This document shows, in pieces, positions 19,662-27,152 of a DNA stretch of 39,932 nucleotides (within the stretch, counting starts at the first letter, position 1; each line of letters opens with the position of its first letter). The DNA lies in contig CALWKN010000134.1 in assembly GCA_944381265.1 (NCBI GenBank), positions 1-39,932 on the forward strand. Reading direction: 5' to 3'. Below the pieces are notes generated by a model. It saw only the letters and a list, made by a program, of their open reading frames with translations, did no database searches and had not been told where the DNA came from. A program made the position numbers and the translations under genes. The DNA is from an uncultured Clostridia bacterium (lineage in GTDB: Bacteria; Bacillota; Clostridia; Christensenellales; UBA1750).

Positions 19662-20383
19662 ATCTCCTCCTCCTCTCCCTTTTCGATGACGATGGGCGCG
19701 TAAATGTCCTCCTGGCGGAGCGTCACGCGGTTGGCCTTGAGCAGTTCCAGCAGCGCCAGGAACGTGGTGACGATCTCGTCGCGCGTGGCGTCGGCGGGGA
19801 AGAGCTCGGAGAACTCCACCCGGCCGTAGACCAGCACGCGGTGCAGCACGCGCAGCATGCACTCGCCGATGGTGAAGTCGTCCCGGGGGATCTGGCGGGG
19901 CGGCGGCGGGGCGGCCTCGCTGCGCTCCGCCCGCAAAAGCACGCGCAGAAGCGCCTCCTGCAGCGCGCTTAAGGACACGCGCGCAAGCTCCACGCGCGCG
20001 TCTTCGATCAGCTCCATGGGCAGGCGGGAAACCATTGCCGCGGCCTCGCCCTCGTAGAGGCGCAGGGCCTTGCCCGCCTCCTTGATCTGGCGGTACTCCT
20101 CCAGGCGGCGCAGGAGCTCGGCCTTGGGGTCTTCCTCCTCGTCGTCCTTAGGCGGCTTGGGCAGGAGGGCGCGGGACTTGATCTCCATGAGCGTGGCCGC
20201 CATCTGCAAAAACTCGCTGGCCGCGTCCATGTCCAGCCCGCTCAGGTCCTGTATGGAGGCGAGGTACTGTTCGGTGATCTCGGAGACGAATATGTCCTCG
20301 ATGCGCACCTTCGCCCGACCGATCAAGTGCAGGAGCAGGTCCAGCGGCCCTTCAAAGTCCCGAAGCTGCACGACATACGCCAT
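19658..20383 (-). CDS. scpA: Segregation and condensation protein A
   Basis: The N-terminus MAYVVQLRDFEGPLDLLLHLI is typical of ScpA. Start ATG at 20383. Confidence 0.9.
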   Translation of the reverse strand: MAYVVQLRDFEGPLDLLLHLIGRAKVRIEDIFVSEITEQYLASIQDLSGLDMDAASEFLQMAATLMEIKSRALLPKPPKDDEEEDPKAELLRRLEEYRQIKEAGKALRLYEGEAAAMVSRLPMELIEDARVELARVSLSALQEALLRVLLRAERSEAAPPPPRQIPRDDFTIGECMLRVLHRVLVYGRVEFSELFPADATRDEIVTTFLALLELLKANRVTLRQEDIYAPIVIEKGEEEEM

Positions 20384-20402
20384 CTGCGCACCCCCTCCCC
20401 GA

Positions 20403-21017
20403 TTAGAAAATCTGCGCAAAAAGGCGCAGCGCCGCGCCCTGCAGTGTGCCCAGCACGCGCCCAAGTACGCCAAGGAGCGACAGCGCCACCAGTATCAGCA
20501 CGCCGTAGCGCTGCAGGAAGTTCACAGCGCGGTACGAGCGCAGGGGCAGAAAGGCGCGCAGCACGGCAAAGCCGTCCAGCGGCGGCACGGGCAGCAGGTT
20601 CAGGAAGCAAAGCGTGAGATTGACCGTAGCGCCGTACTGGAAAAATCCGCTCCACCAGCCGGAGGGAACGTACGTCCACAGCGCGTAGCTCAGCGCCGCC
20701 AGCAGGAAGTTGGACAGCGGGCCGGCCAGGGCCACCGCCGCCTCGCCCCACTTGCGGCCGCGCAAGTTTCCGGGCTGTATGCGCACCGGGCGGGCGTAGC
20801 CCCAGCCCAGCAGCACAAAGAGCAGCAGGCCCACCCAGTCGATGTGGGCGGCGGGGTTGAGCGTCAGGCGCCCTTCCCAGCGGGGCGTGGGGTCGCCCAG
20901 GCGCACGGCGGCCGCGGCGTGGCAGAACTCGTGCAGCGTAAAGCCCAGTATCAGCGCCGGCAGCATGTAGACCAGCCCGAGCAGCCAGGACCTCAGGTCG
21001 CCAAGCAGAAACAGCAT
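20403..21017 (-). CDS. Site-2 protease family (M50) membrane zinc metalloprotease
   Basis: HEFCH (HExxH) within a TM helix. Multi-TM, 204 aa. NLLPVPPLDG motif. Confidence 0.8.
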   Translation of the reverse strand: MLFLLGDLRSWLLGLVYMLPALILGFTLHEFCHAAAAVRLGDPTPRWEGRLTLNPAAHIDWVGLLLFVLLGWGYARPVRIQPGNLRGRKWGEAAVALAGPLSNFLLAALSYALWTYVPSGWWSGFFQYGATVNLTLCFLNLLPVPPLDGFAVLRAFLPLRSYRAVNFLQRYGVLILVALSLLGVLGRVLGTLQGAALRLFAQIF

Positions 21018-21074
21018 GCGCTCTCCCCTTTCCGCCCGCGCAGCGCGCAGGCAGTCTTTAACCAGATAAGTATA

Positions 21075-21107
21075 ACAAAAAACGGCCGGGATGGCAAACC
21101 CCGGCCG
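21075..21107 (-). terminator. Minus-strand intrinsic terminator-like hairpin in the leader of the M50-scpAB genes
   Basis: CGGCCGGG (21083-21090) pairs with CCCGGCCG (21100-21107). On the minus strand it is followed by TTTTTTGT (complement of 21075-21082). Confidence 0.5.
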
Positions 21108-21128
21108 CCGGAACAGCGGAAATGGGGC

Positions 21129-21157
21129 TTGCGCAAGGCCCGCCGCTTCGCTATAAT
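21129..21157 (+). promoter_or_regulatory. Sigma-A-type promoter TTGCGC-17 nt-TATAAT for the lipoprotein gene
   Basis: Read directly: -35 at 21129-21134, 17-nt spacer, consensus -10 at 21152-21157. It lies ~100 nt upstream of ATG 21259. Confidence 0.5.
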
Positions 21158-21258
21158 ACCCCTATGGAAAAACCGCGCGGCAAAGCGAAATGTGGACGAT
21201 CCGTGAAGTCCTTTCCGCACCGCGCGCAACTTACGCAAGCAAAAAGGAGACCATTCAG

Positions 21259-21705
21259 ATGAAACGCATACTCGCCCTGCTTCTTGCGCTGTGCGCGCTG
21301 TCTATGCTGACCGCCTGCACCGACGGCCCGCTGATCGCCACGGCCACGCCCGTGCCCACGCCCACCCCCACCCCGGAGCCGACGCCGGAGGTGACGTACC
21401 TGGAGTACGAATTCCTGCCGCAGGACGAGGGCATCGGCGCGCTGATCCCGGACTTCCCGCTGATCCTGGAGGTCGTCGTCATAACGGGCGACGAATCGAT
21501 CTTCGCGGTGTTTGAGGAATACGACAGCAGCACCATCGACGACTACATCCAGTCGCTCAAGGACGCGGGCTTTACGGTGATCGACGAGGAGAGCGATATG
21601 TTCTTCGCCGCCTCCAAGGAGGGCACGGACGGCCTCCTGCGCGTCAACCTGATGTACGAGGGCGGCTACGGCACGCTGCAGGTCTACGACGACCGGGAAC
21701 CCTGA
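21259..21705 (+). CDS. Hypothetical lipoprotein with Pro/Thr linker
   Basis: Signal peptide MKRILALLLALCALSMLTAC (lipobox), then TPVPTPTPTPEPTPE linker. AAGGAGA RBS at 21244-21250. This is the last high-GC gene before the low-GC block. Confidence 0.75.
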   Translation: MKRILALLLALCALSMLTACTDGPLIATATPVPTPTPTPEPTPEVTYLEYEFLPQDEGIGALIPDFPLILEVVVITGDESIFAVFEEYDSSTIDDYIQSLKDAGFTVIDEESDMFFAASKEGTDGLLRVNLMYEGGYGTLQVYDDREP

Positions 21706-21775
21706 TATGGTCTGCTTTCCCGGCAATGCTGTGCGTCTACACGACATACTGTGCGCACCGAATTGAAGACATCAC

Positions 21776-21810
21776 AAAATGGACGCCTGCAACCCACACG
21801 GAATGCAGGC
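21776..21810 (-). terminator. Candidate terminator downstream of the AraC-family gene
   Basis: GCCTGCA (21785-21791) pairs with TGCAGGC (21804-21810) across a 12-nt loop. On the minus strand it is followed by ATTTTGTGA. It lies 166 nt past the stop, so the assignment is tentative. Confidence 0.3.
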
Positions 21811-21976
21811 AGGCTGGAAAACAGTGAATTTTCTAGCTGTATTTTCAATACGGCGGCGCAAATCCTTTCTCGCAGTACATTCCTGTCCAAGTCCACGCGT
21901 TTGATTCCATTTAGCAGTTCGGCGGGTCTTCCCTCCGTTCTGCTTTTTATTTTTGTTGAATCTTTCGCGAGCTTCC

Positions 21977-22963
21977 TCATGACTCAAGCAAAAGTCTATA
22001 TTGTCTCGGCGTGATTCCGTATTCATCTTTGAATATCTTGAAAAAGTGACTGATCGAGTGGTAGCCGACTCTTTCAGCAATTTCCCCTACTGGCATTTTG
22101 CTGTTTGACAATAGCTCTATCGCCTTTTGCAGCTTCGCTTCCTTCATAATGTCTTTGCAGTTTCTTCCCGTTCGCATCTTGATCAAACGCGTTAAGTAAT
22201 TCGGCGTATAGTGGAAGTGTTCCGCCATTTCATTGAGCGTAGCATATGTGCAATTTTCACGGATATAGTCCAGTATCTGCTGCGTCGATTCATCCACTCC
22301 GTAGAAGCTAAATTCTCCCAAACGTTCCAGGGTGATGAAAAGCAGGACCAAGTATGCCTCCAGTGCAATATCGGAGCACAAATCCTCCCTTGTGTATTCA
22401 TGGACAATTTCTCGAATTCGGTTCTGGATCAAAGCATCCGCCCGCGCAGCAAAAAACATATAATTTCTAACGATGTCGGTTCCATTCTTTAGAAAGTTCG
22501 CTATTTGATTGTCTTCCATGCAGAACCCTCGCAGCATTCCTTCAAATACAGATGGAAGCAAATCGATATTGATCAAGACGGCGTTTTTGTCTATGCACTC
22601 CAGTTTATGCTGCGCATTTGTATTGTGTAGGCAAAGATCTCCCTGCCCCATATAGAGATTCTCTCCATCGACCTGATTGATCACACGCCCCTTGCACACA
22701 TACAGTATCTCAAAGAAATCATGGCGGTGCTGGCCGAAATTCGAATGCACATCATAGCAATAGATATATACATCGTTTCTTCCTTGCATGGGCTGTCTGT
22801 CAAACAGAGATGTTCCCAGTGCAGGATCTTGCTGATATATATCAATCAGCGTGCGGTCGGCAAAATCCTCTGGAAGAATGTCCAACGGCATTGTTTTCAT
22901 CGGATTTGCCGCATTAAGTGCGCGAATCAGCTTCAAAGGCAACAAGCCGCTATAGTCCGCCAT
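21977..22963 (-). CDS. AraC-family transcriptional regulator (cupin sensor plus HTH)
   Basis: Cupin-like N-terminal half (HRHDFFEILYVCKG). C-terminal AraC HTH (MAEHFHYTPNYLTRLIK...VGYHSISHFFKIFKDEYGITPRQYR). AAGGAGGG RBS precedes ATG 22963. G+C is about 40%. Confidence 0.9.
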   Translation of the reverse strand: MADYSGLLPLKLIRALNAANPMKTMPLDILPEDFADRTLIDIYQQDPALGTSLFDRQPMQGRNDVYIYCYDVHSNFGQHRHDFFEILYVCKGRVINQVDGENLYMGQGDLCLHNTNAQHKLECIDKNAVLINIDLLPSVFEGMLRGFCMEDNQIANFLKNGTDIVRNYMFFAARADALIQNRIREIVHEYTREDLCSDIALEAYLVLLFITLERLGEFSFYGVDESTQQILDYIRENCTYATLNEMAEHFHYTPNYLTRLIKMRTGRNCKDIMKEAKLQKAIELLSNSKMPVGEIAERVGYHSISHFFKIFKDEYGITPRQYRLLLES

Positions 22964-23070
22964 GATTTCCCTCCTTTCCAAATGAAATTCTTTCATGTGC
23001 ATTATAGCAAACCAACAAAAGTTTTAAAATGCAATGTAAGAATATCGCATTTTCTACACATGCAACCGCA

Positions 23071-23099
23071 TTGAATACGCCGTATAAAAAGTAGATAAT
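23071..23099 (+). promoter_or_regulatory. Candidate promoter TTGAAT-17 nt-GATAAT for the oxidoreductase/TIM-barrel operon
   Basis: Read directly: -35 at 23071-23076 and -10 at 23094-23099. GAAGGGA RBS at 23114-23120. ATG at 23132. Confidence 0.4.
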
Positions 23100-23131
23100 G
23101 TAACTAATCCATAGAAGGGAGCGTAGAGCAC

Positions 23132-24295
23132 ATGAGAGAAATCCGAATCGGCATCATAGGCACCGGTATCATCGCGCACCAACACATGCAGATGTATCAA
23201 GACATCGAAGGCGTCCGAGTTGTCGCCGCCTGCGATCTGATCCCCCAGAAGCTGGATTGCTTCTGCAAGCGTTATGGAATCGAGTTCCAATACGCAGACT
23301 ATCGGGAATTGCTCAAGCGGGACGACTTGGACGCCGTAGACGTCTGCCTGCACAACAATCTTCACGCCCCGATTTCCATCGATGTAATGGCTTCCGGAAA
23401 AAACTGCTACTGCGAAAAGCCTATGGCGGGTTCCTACGCAGACGCACTGGCGATGTATAAAGCTGCCAAACGGTATGGCGTAAAGTTCCACATTCAGCTT
23501 GCCATGATTTATGGCGGCGAAGTGATTGCCGCAAAAAAGCTCATAGACGAAGGATACCTGGGACACATCTACCATGCGCGGAGCTATGGATATCGCCGCC
23601 GTGGTCGTCCTTTCGTGGATGGATACGCGGAAAAGGAGTTTAACTCGCAGTATTGGGCGGGGCATGGCGCTCTATACGACATGGGTGTGTATCACATCTC
23701 GCAGCTGCTGTATCTGCTCGACCTGCCAAAGGTGGAGCGCATCAGCGGGAGCATCTATCAGGAAATGCCAATGGACGAAGAACGGCGCCGCATCAGCGGC
23801 TTCAACGTCGAGGAACTGGGCCTTGGCCTTGTAAAATTCGAGAATGGGCTGACGATGGACATTCTTGAATCTTGGTCCATTCATGGCGCCCCCTTCCCGG
23901 CCTCCTCGATCCATGGCGCGCAGGGCGGTCTGCAGTTTGCGCAGAGCGGGCAGCTCAAATACTACTCCGAGATTGCCGGCTACATGGCGGAAACAACACT
24001 GGACGTGGCCAGCGAAGATTACCGCCAGACACAGCTGAATCCGCCGAGCCGGCTGCTGTACAAGAATTCGCAGGCGCACTGGATTGGCGTACTGCGGGGC
24101 GAGTGCCCGCAAATTGATACGCCTGCCATCGCGCTGCAGACGATGCTGATCTCGGAAGGCATTTTCCTGAGCAATCAGCTGAAGCGCGAAGTCAGTGCGG
24201 AAGAAGTTCAGGCTCTGAGCGTTTCCAACGCCATTACGGAACAGGAAACACCCTTTGGCGAGCTCGTCTACCGCAAGTACCCTTTTCAGGATTGA
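23132..24295 (+). CDS. Gfo/Idh/MocA family NAD(P)-dependent oxidoreductase (paralog 1)
   Basis: Rossmann N-terminus IRIGIIGTGIIA and family EKP motif (CYCEKPMA). 387 aa. Confidence 0.9.
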   Translation: MREIRIGIIGTGIIAHQHMQMYQDIEGVRVVAACDLIPQKLDCFCKRYGIEFQYADYRELLKRDDLDAVDVCLHNNLHAPISIDVMASGKNCYCEKPMAGSYADALAMYKAAKRYGVKFHIQLAMIYGGEVIAAKKLIDEGYLGHIYHARSYGYRRRGRPFVDGYAEKEFNSQYWAGHGALYDMGVYHISQLLYLLDLPKVERISGSIYQEMPMDEERRRISGFNVEELGLGLVKFENGLTMDILESWSIHGAPFPASSIHGAQGGLQFAQSGQLKYYSEIAGYMAETTLDVASEDYRQTQLNPPSRLLYKNSQAHWIGVLRGECPQIDTPAIALQTMLISEGIFLSNQLKREVSAEEVQALSVSNAITEQETPFGELVYRKYPFQD

Positions 24296-24332
24296 CGGTC
24301 AAAAGACAAATTATACAAAAGGAGAAAAGAGA

Positions 24333-25184
24333 ATGAAAAACAGGTTTTCCGTCGCGTCTTATTCCTTCCATGGGCTCTATGCCGTCGGAGCGATAAACAT
24401 TTTCCACTACTTTGAGACCGTTCGCTATCGCTATCACTTGAACACCGCCGATATCTGGAACGGCATGCTGGAGCGTTATGACGAAGACTATCTTCGCCTG
24501 GTCAAGCAGCAGATGGATGAGCACGAACTTGCGCTCGTCAACCTTTGCTGCGACGGCGCTCATGTCTGGAACGACGACGAAAAGGAACGCGAACTTTGCA
24601 GTCGTCGGGCCGAAGACTGCCTGCGCGCCGCAGAGATCCTCGGCGCGGAAACCGTTCGCATTGATCTGGGCCTGGCCGGAAGCGATGCAACGGACGAACA
24701 AATCGAACACTGCGCGAAGATATATGACGCATACTGCCAGCGAGCAGCGCAGTTCGGCGCAAAACTCGGGCCGGAGAACCACTGGGGCGCTTCGACGAAC
24801 GTTGCGGTCATGCGCAAGCTCTTCGAGGCTGTCAAAGCACCCAACTTCTCGCTGTTGTTGCATCTGGGGAACTGGCACAAGACACCCGATATTACGTTCG
24901 AGAAGAGCTGCGAATACGACGTAGAATTTGCGGCGCGTGCCATGCATATGCACATGCATTATGAGGCATGCTTAAACGCAGAAAACCAGTTCCCCGCGCT
25001 TGCCAAAGCCGGATACACGGGTTGCTGGGGCATTGAAAGTCACAAGTCTGTCAACGAATACAACAATGTCGCCTTCCAGTTGGCACAGGCGAAGCGCGTG
25101 CTCGTCCCGCTGATTTACAAAGCCAAGCCGCAGGGAGAACCGAGCCCCGAAGTTGCGACGTTGATCGAAAAGCTGTCGAAGTAA
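24333..25184 (+). CDS. Xylose-isomerase-like TIM-barrel protein (sugar phosphate isomerase/epimerase, AP_endonuc_2 family)
   Basis: 283 aa from ATG 24333, with a GGAGAAAAG RBS. FSVASYSFHG N-terminus and the acidic/His pattern (RIDLG, GPENHWG, HMHMH, GIESH) are typical of this fold. The track start at 24255 overlaps the upstream gene and lacks an RBS. Confidence 0.85.
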   Translation: MKNRFSVASYSFHGLYAVGAINIFHYFETVRYRYHLNTADIWNGMLERYDEDYLRLVKQQMDEHELALVNLCCDGAHVWNDDEKERELCSRRAEDCLRAAEILGAETVRIDLGLAGSDATDEQIEHCAKIYDAYCQRAAQFGAKLGPENHWGASTNVAVMRKLFEAVKAPNFSLLLHLGNWHKTPDITFEKSCEYDVEFAARAMHMHMHYEACLNAENQFPALAKAGYTGCWGIESHKSVNEYNNVAFQLAQAKRVLVPLIYKAKPQGEPSPEVATLIEKLSK

Positions 25185-25197
25185 AGCCACACAGACC

Positions 25198-25244
25198 AAG
25201 GGGGAATGGCGCGCAAAACAGGAACGCTCCATTCCCCCTTTTGC
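25198..25244 (+). terminator. Intrinsic terminator after the TIM-barrel gene
   Basis: CAAGGGGGAATGG (25198-25210) pairs with CCATTCCCCCTT (25229-25240), followed by TTGC. Confidence 0.65.
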
Positions 25245-25270
25245 ACAATACACAACAGTGAGGGATTTTC

Positions 25271-26806
25271 TTGAAACGGATTGAGAGTCGAATCGTAAAC
25301 GTGCAGCAGGGAAAGCTCCGCGGCGTTGCCGGGCGCAATCCGGAGATCAGCGTATTCCGCGGCGTTCCTTACGCTGCCCCGCCAACGGGCGCTCTGCGCT
25401 GGCGGCCGCCGCAAGCGCCCGCGTCCTGGCAAGGCGTGCGTCCTTGCATTCGAGAACCTATTGTGCCGCTGCAGCAGCAGGGGCAATTTGCTGACGGTGG
25501 CCACTTTGCAGAGATGTACCGCAGCGAGGAATGTTTGACGCTGGATGTTTGGACGCCTGCGCAAGAAAACACTGTAGAAAAATATCCGGTCATGGTCTGG
25601 TGCTTCGGCGGAAGTTTCCAAGGCGGTTACGCCTCAGACGCCATGTACGACAGCGAACTCATCGCCGCCAGGGGAATCGTCTGCGTTGCGCTCAATATGC
25701 GCGTAGGCATAATGGGGTACCTCTGTCACCCGGGTCTGGCCGCAGAAAGCGAAACTTGTACCTGCGGGAACTACGGCCTTCTGGATATCGCTTTTGCCCT
25801 GCGCTGGATCCAGAAAAATATTGCCGCATTTCATGGAGACCCTGAACAGGTAGTATTGGTTGGACAATCCACAGGCGCAATGAGCCTATGCCGGCTGGCT
25901 GCGTCGGGACTGATCGACGGGCTTTACGCAGGCCTGATCCTGCAAAGCGGCGATCCTTTAGTGGACTTCTCCATTTTCCATCGCGACTATGAGGACGCTT
26001 TGGCAGAAGGACAGCGCTTTGCAGAAGCTCTGGGCGCGCGCGATATGGAAACCCTGCGTTCGCTTCCGCCGGATGCGTTTTACCCAAACGGAGAAAACCT
26101 CTACACGCGCATCATCGGCCATCCGTGTGTGCCGGTGCAGGATCCGGTGTATTTTACGACGCCCTTTTCGCTGTCTTTGTTTACGGAACACACGGCATCG
26201 GTTCCCATTCTGCTGGGCTCCAATGCGGACGACTCGCTTTCCATCTGCCCTTGCACACCGGCAGAACTGCGTTCCGACATCAAGGCGCGGTTCTCCGTTT
26301 TCGCGGAAGAGGTGCTGAAACTCTATCCTTTTTCCACGATGCCGCAGGCCCTGAAGATGCAAAGCCGCATGGAGCGGGATTTCTGGTTTGCGCGTCTGCG
26401 CTACATTGCTCTAGTGCGCGCAAAGATGGGTCATGCAAAGACCTGGCAATACTTCTTTACGCAGCCTTACCTGTGGCCGGGAATCGGACTTGTGGGCGCC
26501 GTGCATGTATCGGAGCTCCCGTATATCTTTGGCTCTATACGGCTGTTGAAAGGATACAATTATCCGTGGGACGAGACCAACGATCACATTTTCCAAATCA
26601 TGTCCAGCTTTTGGAGTTCCTTTATCCAGCGGCGAGATCCAAACGTTGGCTGGCTGCCCGTATGGTTTCAGCGCAGCGCAACGCACAGCTACATGGAGAT
26701 CGGGCTGCACACAGGTATGCGAACAGACGACATGGTTCTAACTGCTCAACAGCTCGATCTGTGGACTCGATACTGCCAATATCGCACAGGGATTAGCGTG
26801 GATTAA
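25271..26806 (+). CDS. Type-B carboxylesterase/lipase family protein (PnbA-like)
   Basis: N-terminus GKLRGV...FRGVPYAAPPTGALRW. Nucleophile elbow region FHGDPEQVVLVGQSTGAMS. TTG start at 25271 with a GAGGGA RBS. Confidence 0.85.
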   Translation: MKRIESRIVNVQQGKLRGVAGRNPEISVFRGVPYAAPPTGALRWRPPQAPASWQGVRPCIREPIVPLQQQGQFADGGHFAEMYRSEECLTLDVWTPAQENTVEKYPVMVWCFGGSFQGGYASDAMYDSELIAARGIVCVALNMRVGIMGYLCHPGLAAESETCTCGNYGLLDIAFALRWIQKNIAAFHGDPEQVVLVGQSTGAMSLCRLAASGLIDGLYAGLILQSGDPLVDFSIFHRDYEDALAEGQRFAEALGARDMETLRSLPPDAFYPNGENLYTRIIGHPCVPVQDPVYFTTPFSLSLFTEHTASVPILLGSNADDSLSICPCTPAELRSDIKARFSVFAEEVLKLYPFSTMPQALKMQSRMERDFWFARLRYIALVRAKMGHAKTWQYFFTQPYLWPGIGLVGAVHVSELPYIFGSIRLLKGYNYPWDETNDHIFQIMSSFWSSFIQRRDPNVGWLPVWFQRSATHSYMEIGLHTGMRTDDMVLTAQQLDLWTRYCQYRTGISVD

Positions 26807-27128
26807 ATCTTCTCAAAAGAGATCGTGACGCTTTCGCACCAGCTTGCCCGACAACAACGCAGAAAGCTGCCGGTTGGGAATGGAATGCTGCACGCACAGA
26901 GGGAGACATCTCTTCTAGGCGCAGGCTTCCATTCCTTTTTTCCAGCTCTTCCTCCAGTTCAACATAAATTCTGCAAAGGACCGCAGATCTGTGGATCATA
27001 CAAGGCTGTGGGTCTTGAAAGAACTCCATGCTTAGGTCCAAAATCACGTTTTCTGGTGGAACAAAGAAGTGCAGTGGAGCGTCAGCAAGGAGCTCTCCCT
27101 GCGCATCCAACACCTGAATGTTCAACAT
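26793..27128 (-). CDS. Hypothetical protein (111 aa) downstream of the CcdA-like gene
   Basis: AAAGGAGAAGG RBS lies 6 nt before ATG 27128, which is 25 nt after the upstream stop. I recognise no family. Its 3' end overlaps the convergent esterase by 14 nt. Confidence 0.45.
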   Translation of the reverse strand: MLNIQVLDAQGELLADAPLHFFVPPENVILDLSMEFFQDPQPCMIHRSAVLCRIYVELEEELEKRNGSLRLEEMSPSVRAAFHSQPAAFCVVVGQAGAKASRSLLRRFNPR

Positions 27129-27152
27129 ACTACGCCTTCTCCTTTCTCGAAG

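Noticed and set aside
21684-22080. Small overlapping ORFs (98, 87 and 102 aa) in the 271-bp spacer at the left island border, considered as remnants of an integrase or other mobility gene
   Set aside because: No RBS and no recognisable motif. They overlap each other and the AraC gene end. I treat 21706-21976 as non-coding, and cannot exclude a degraded gene without a database search.
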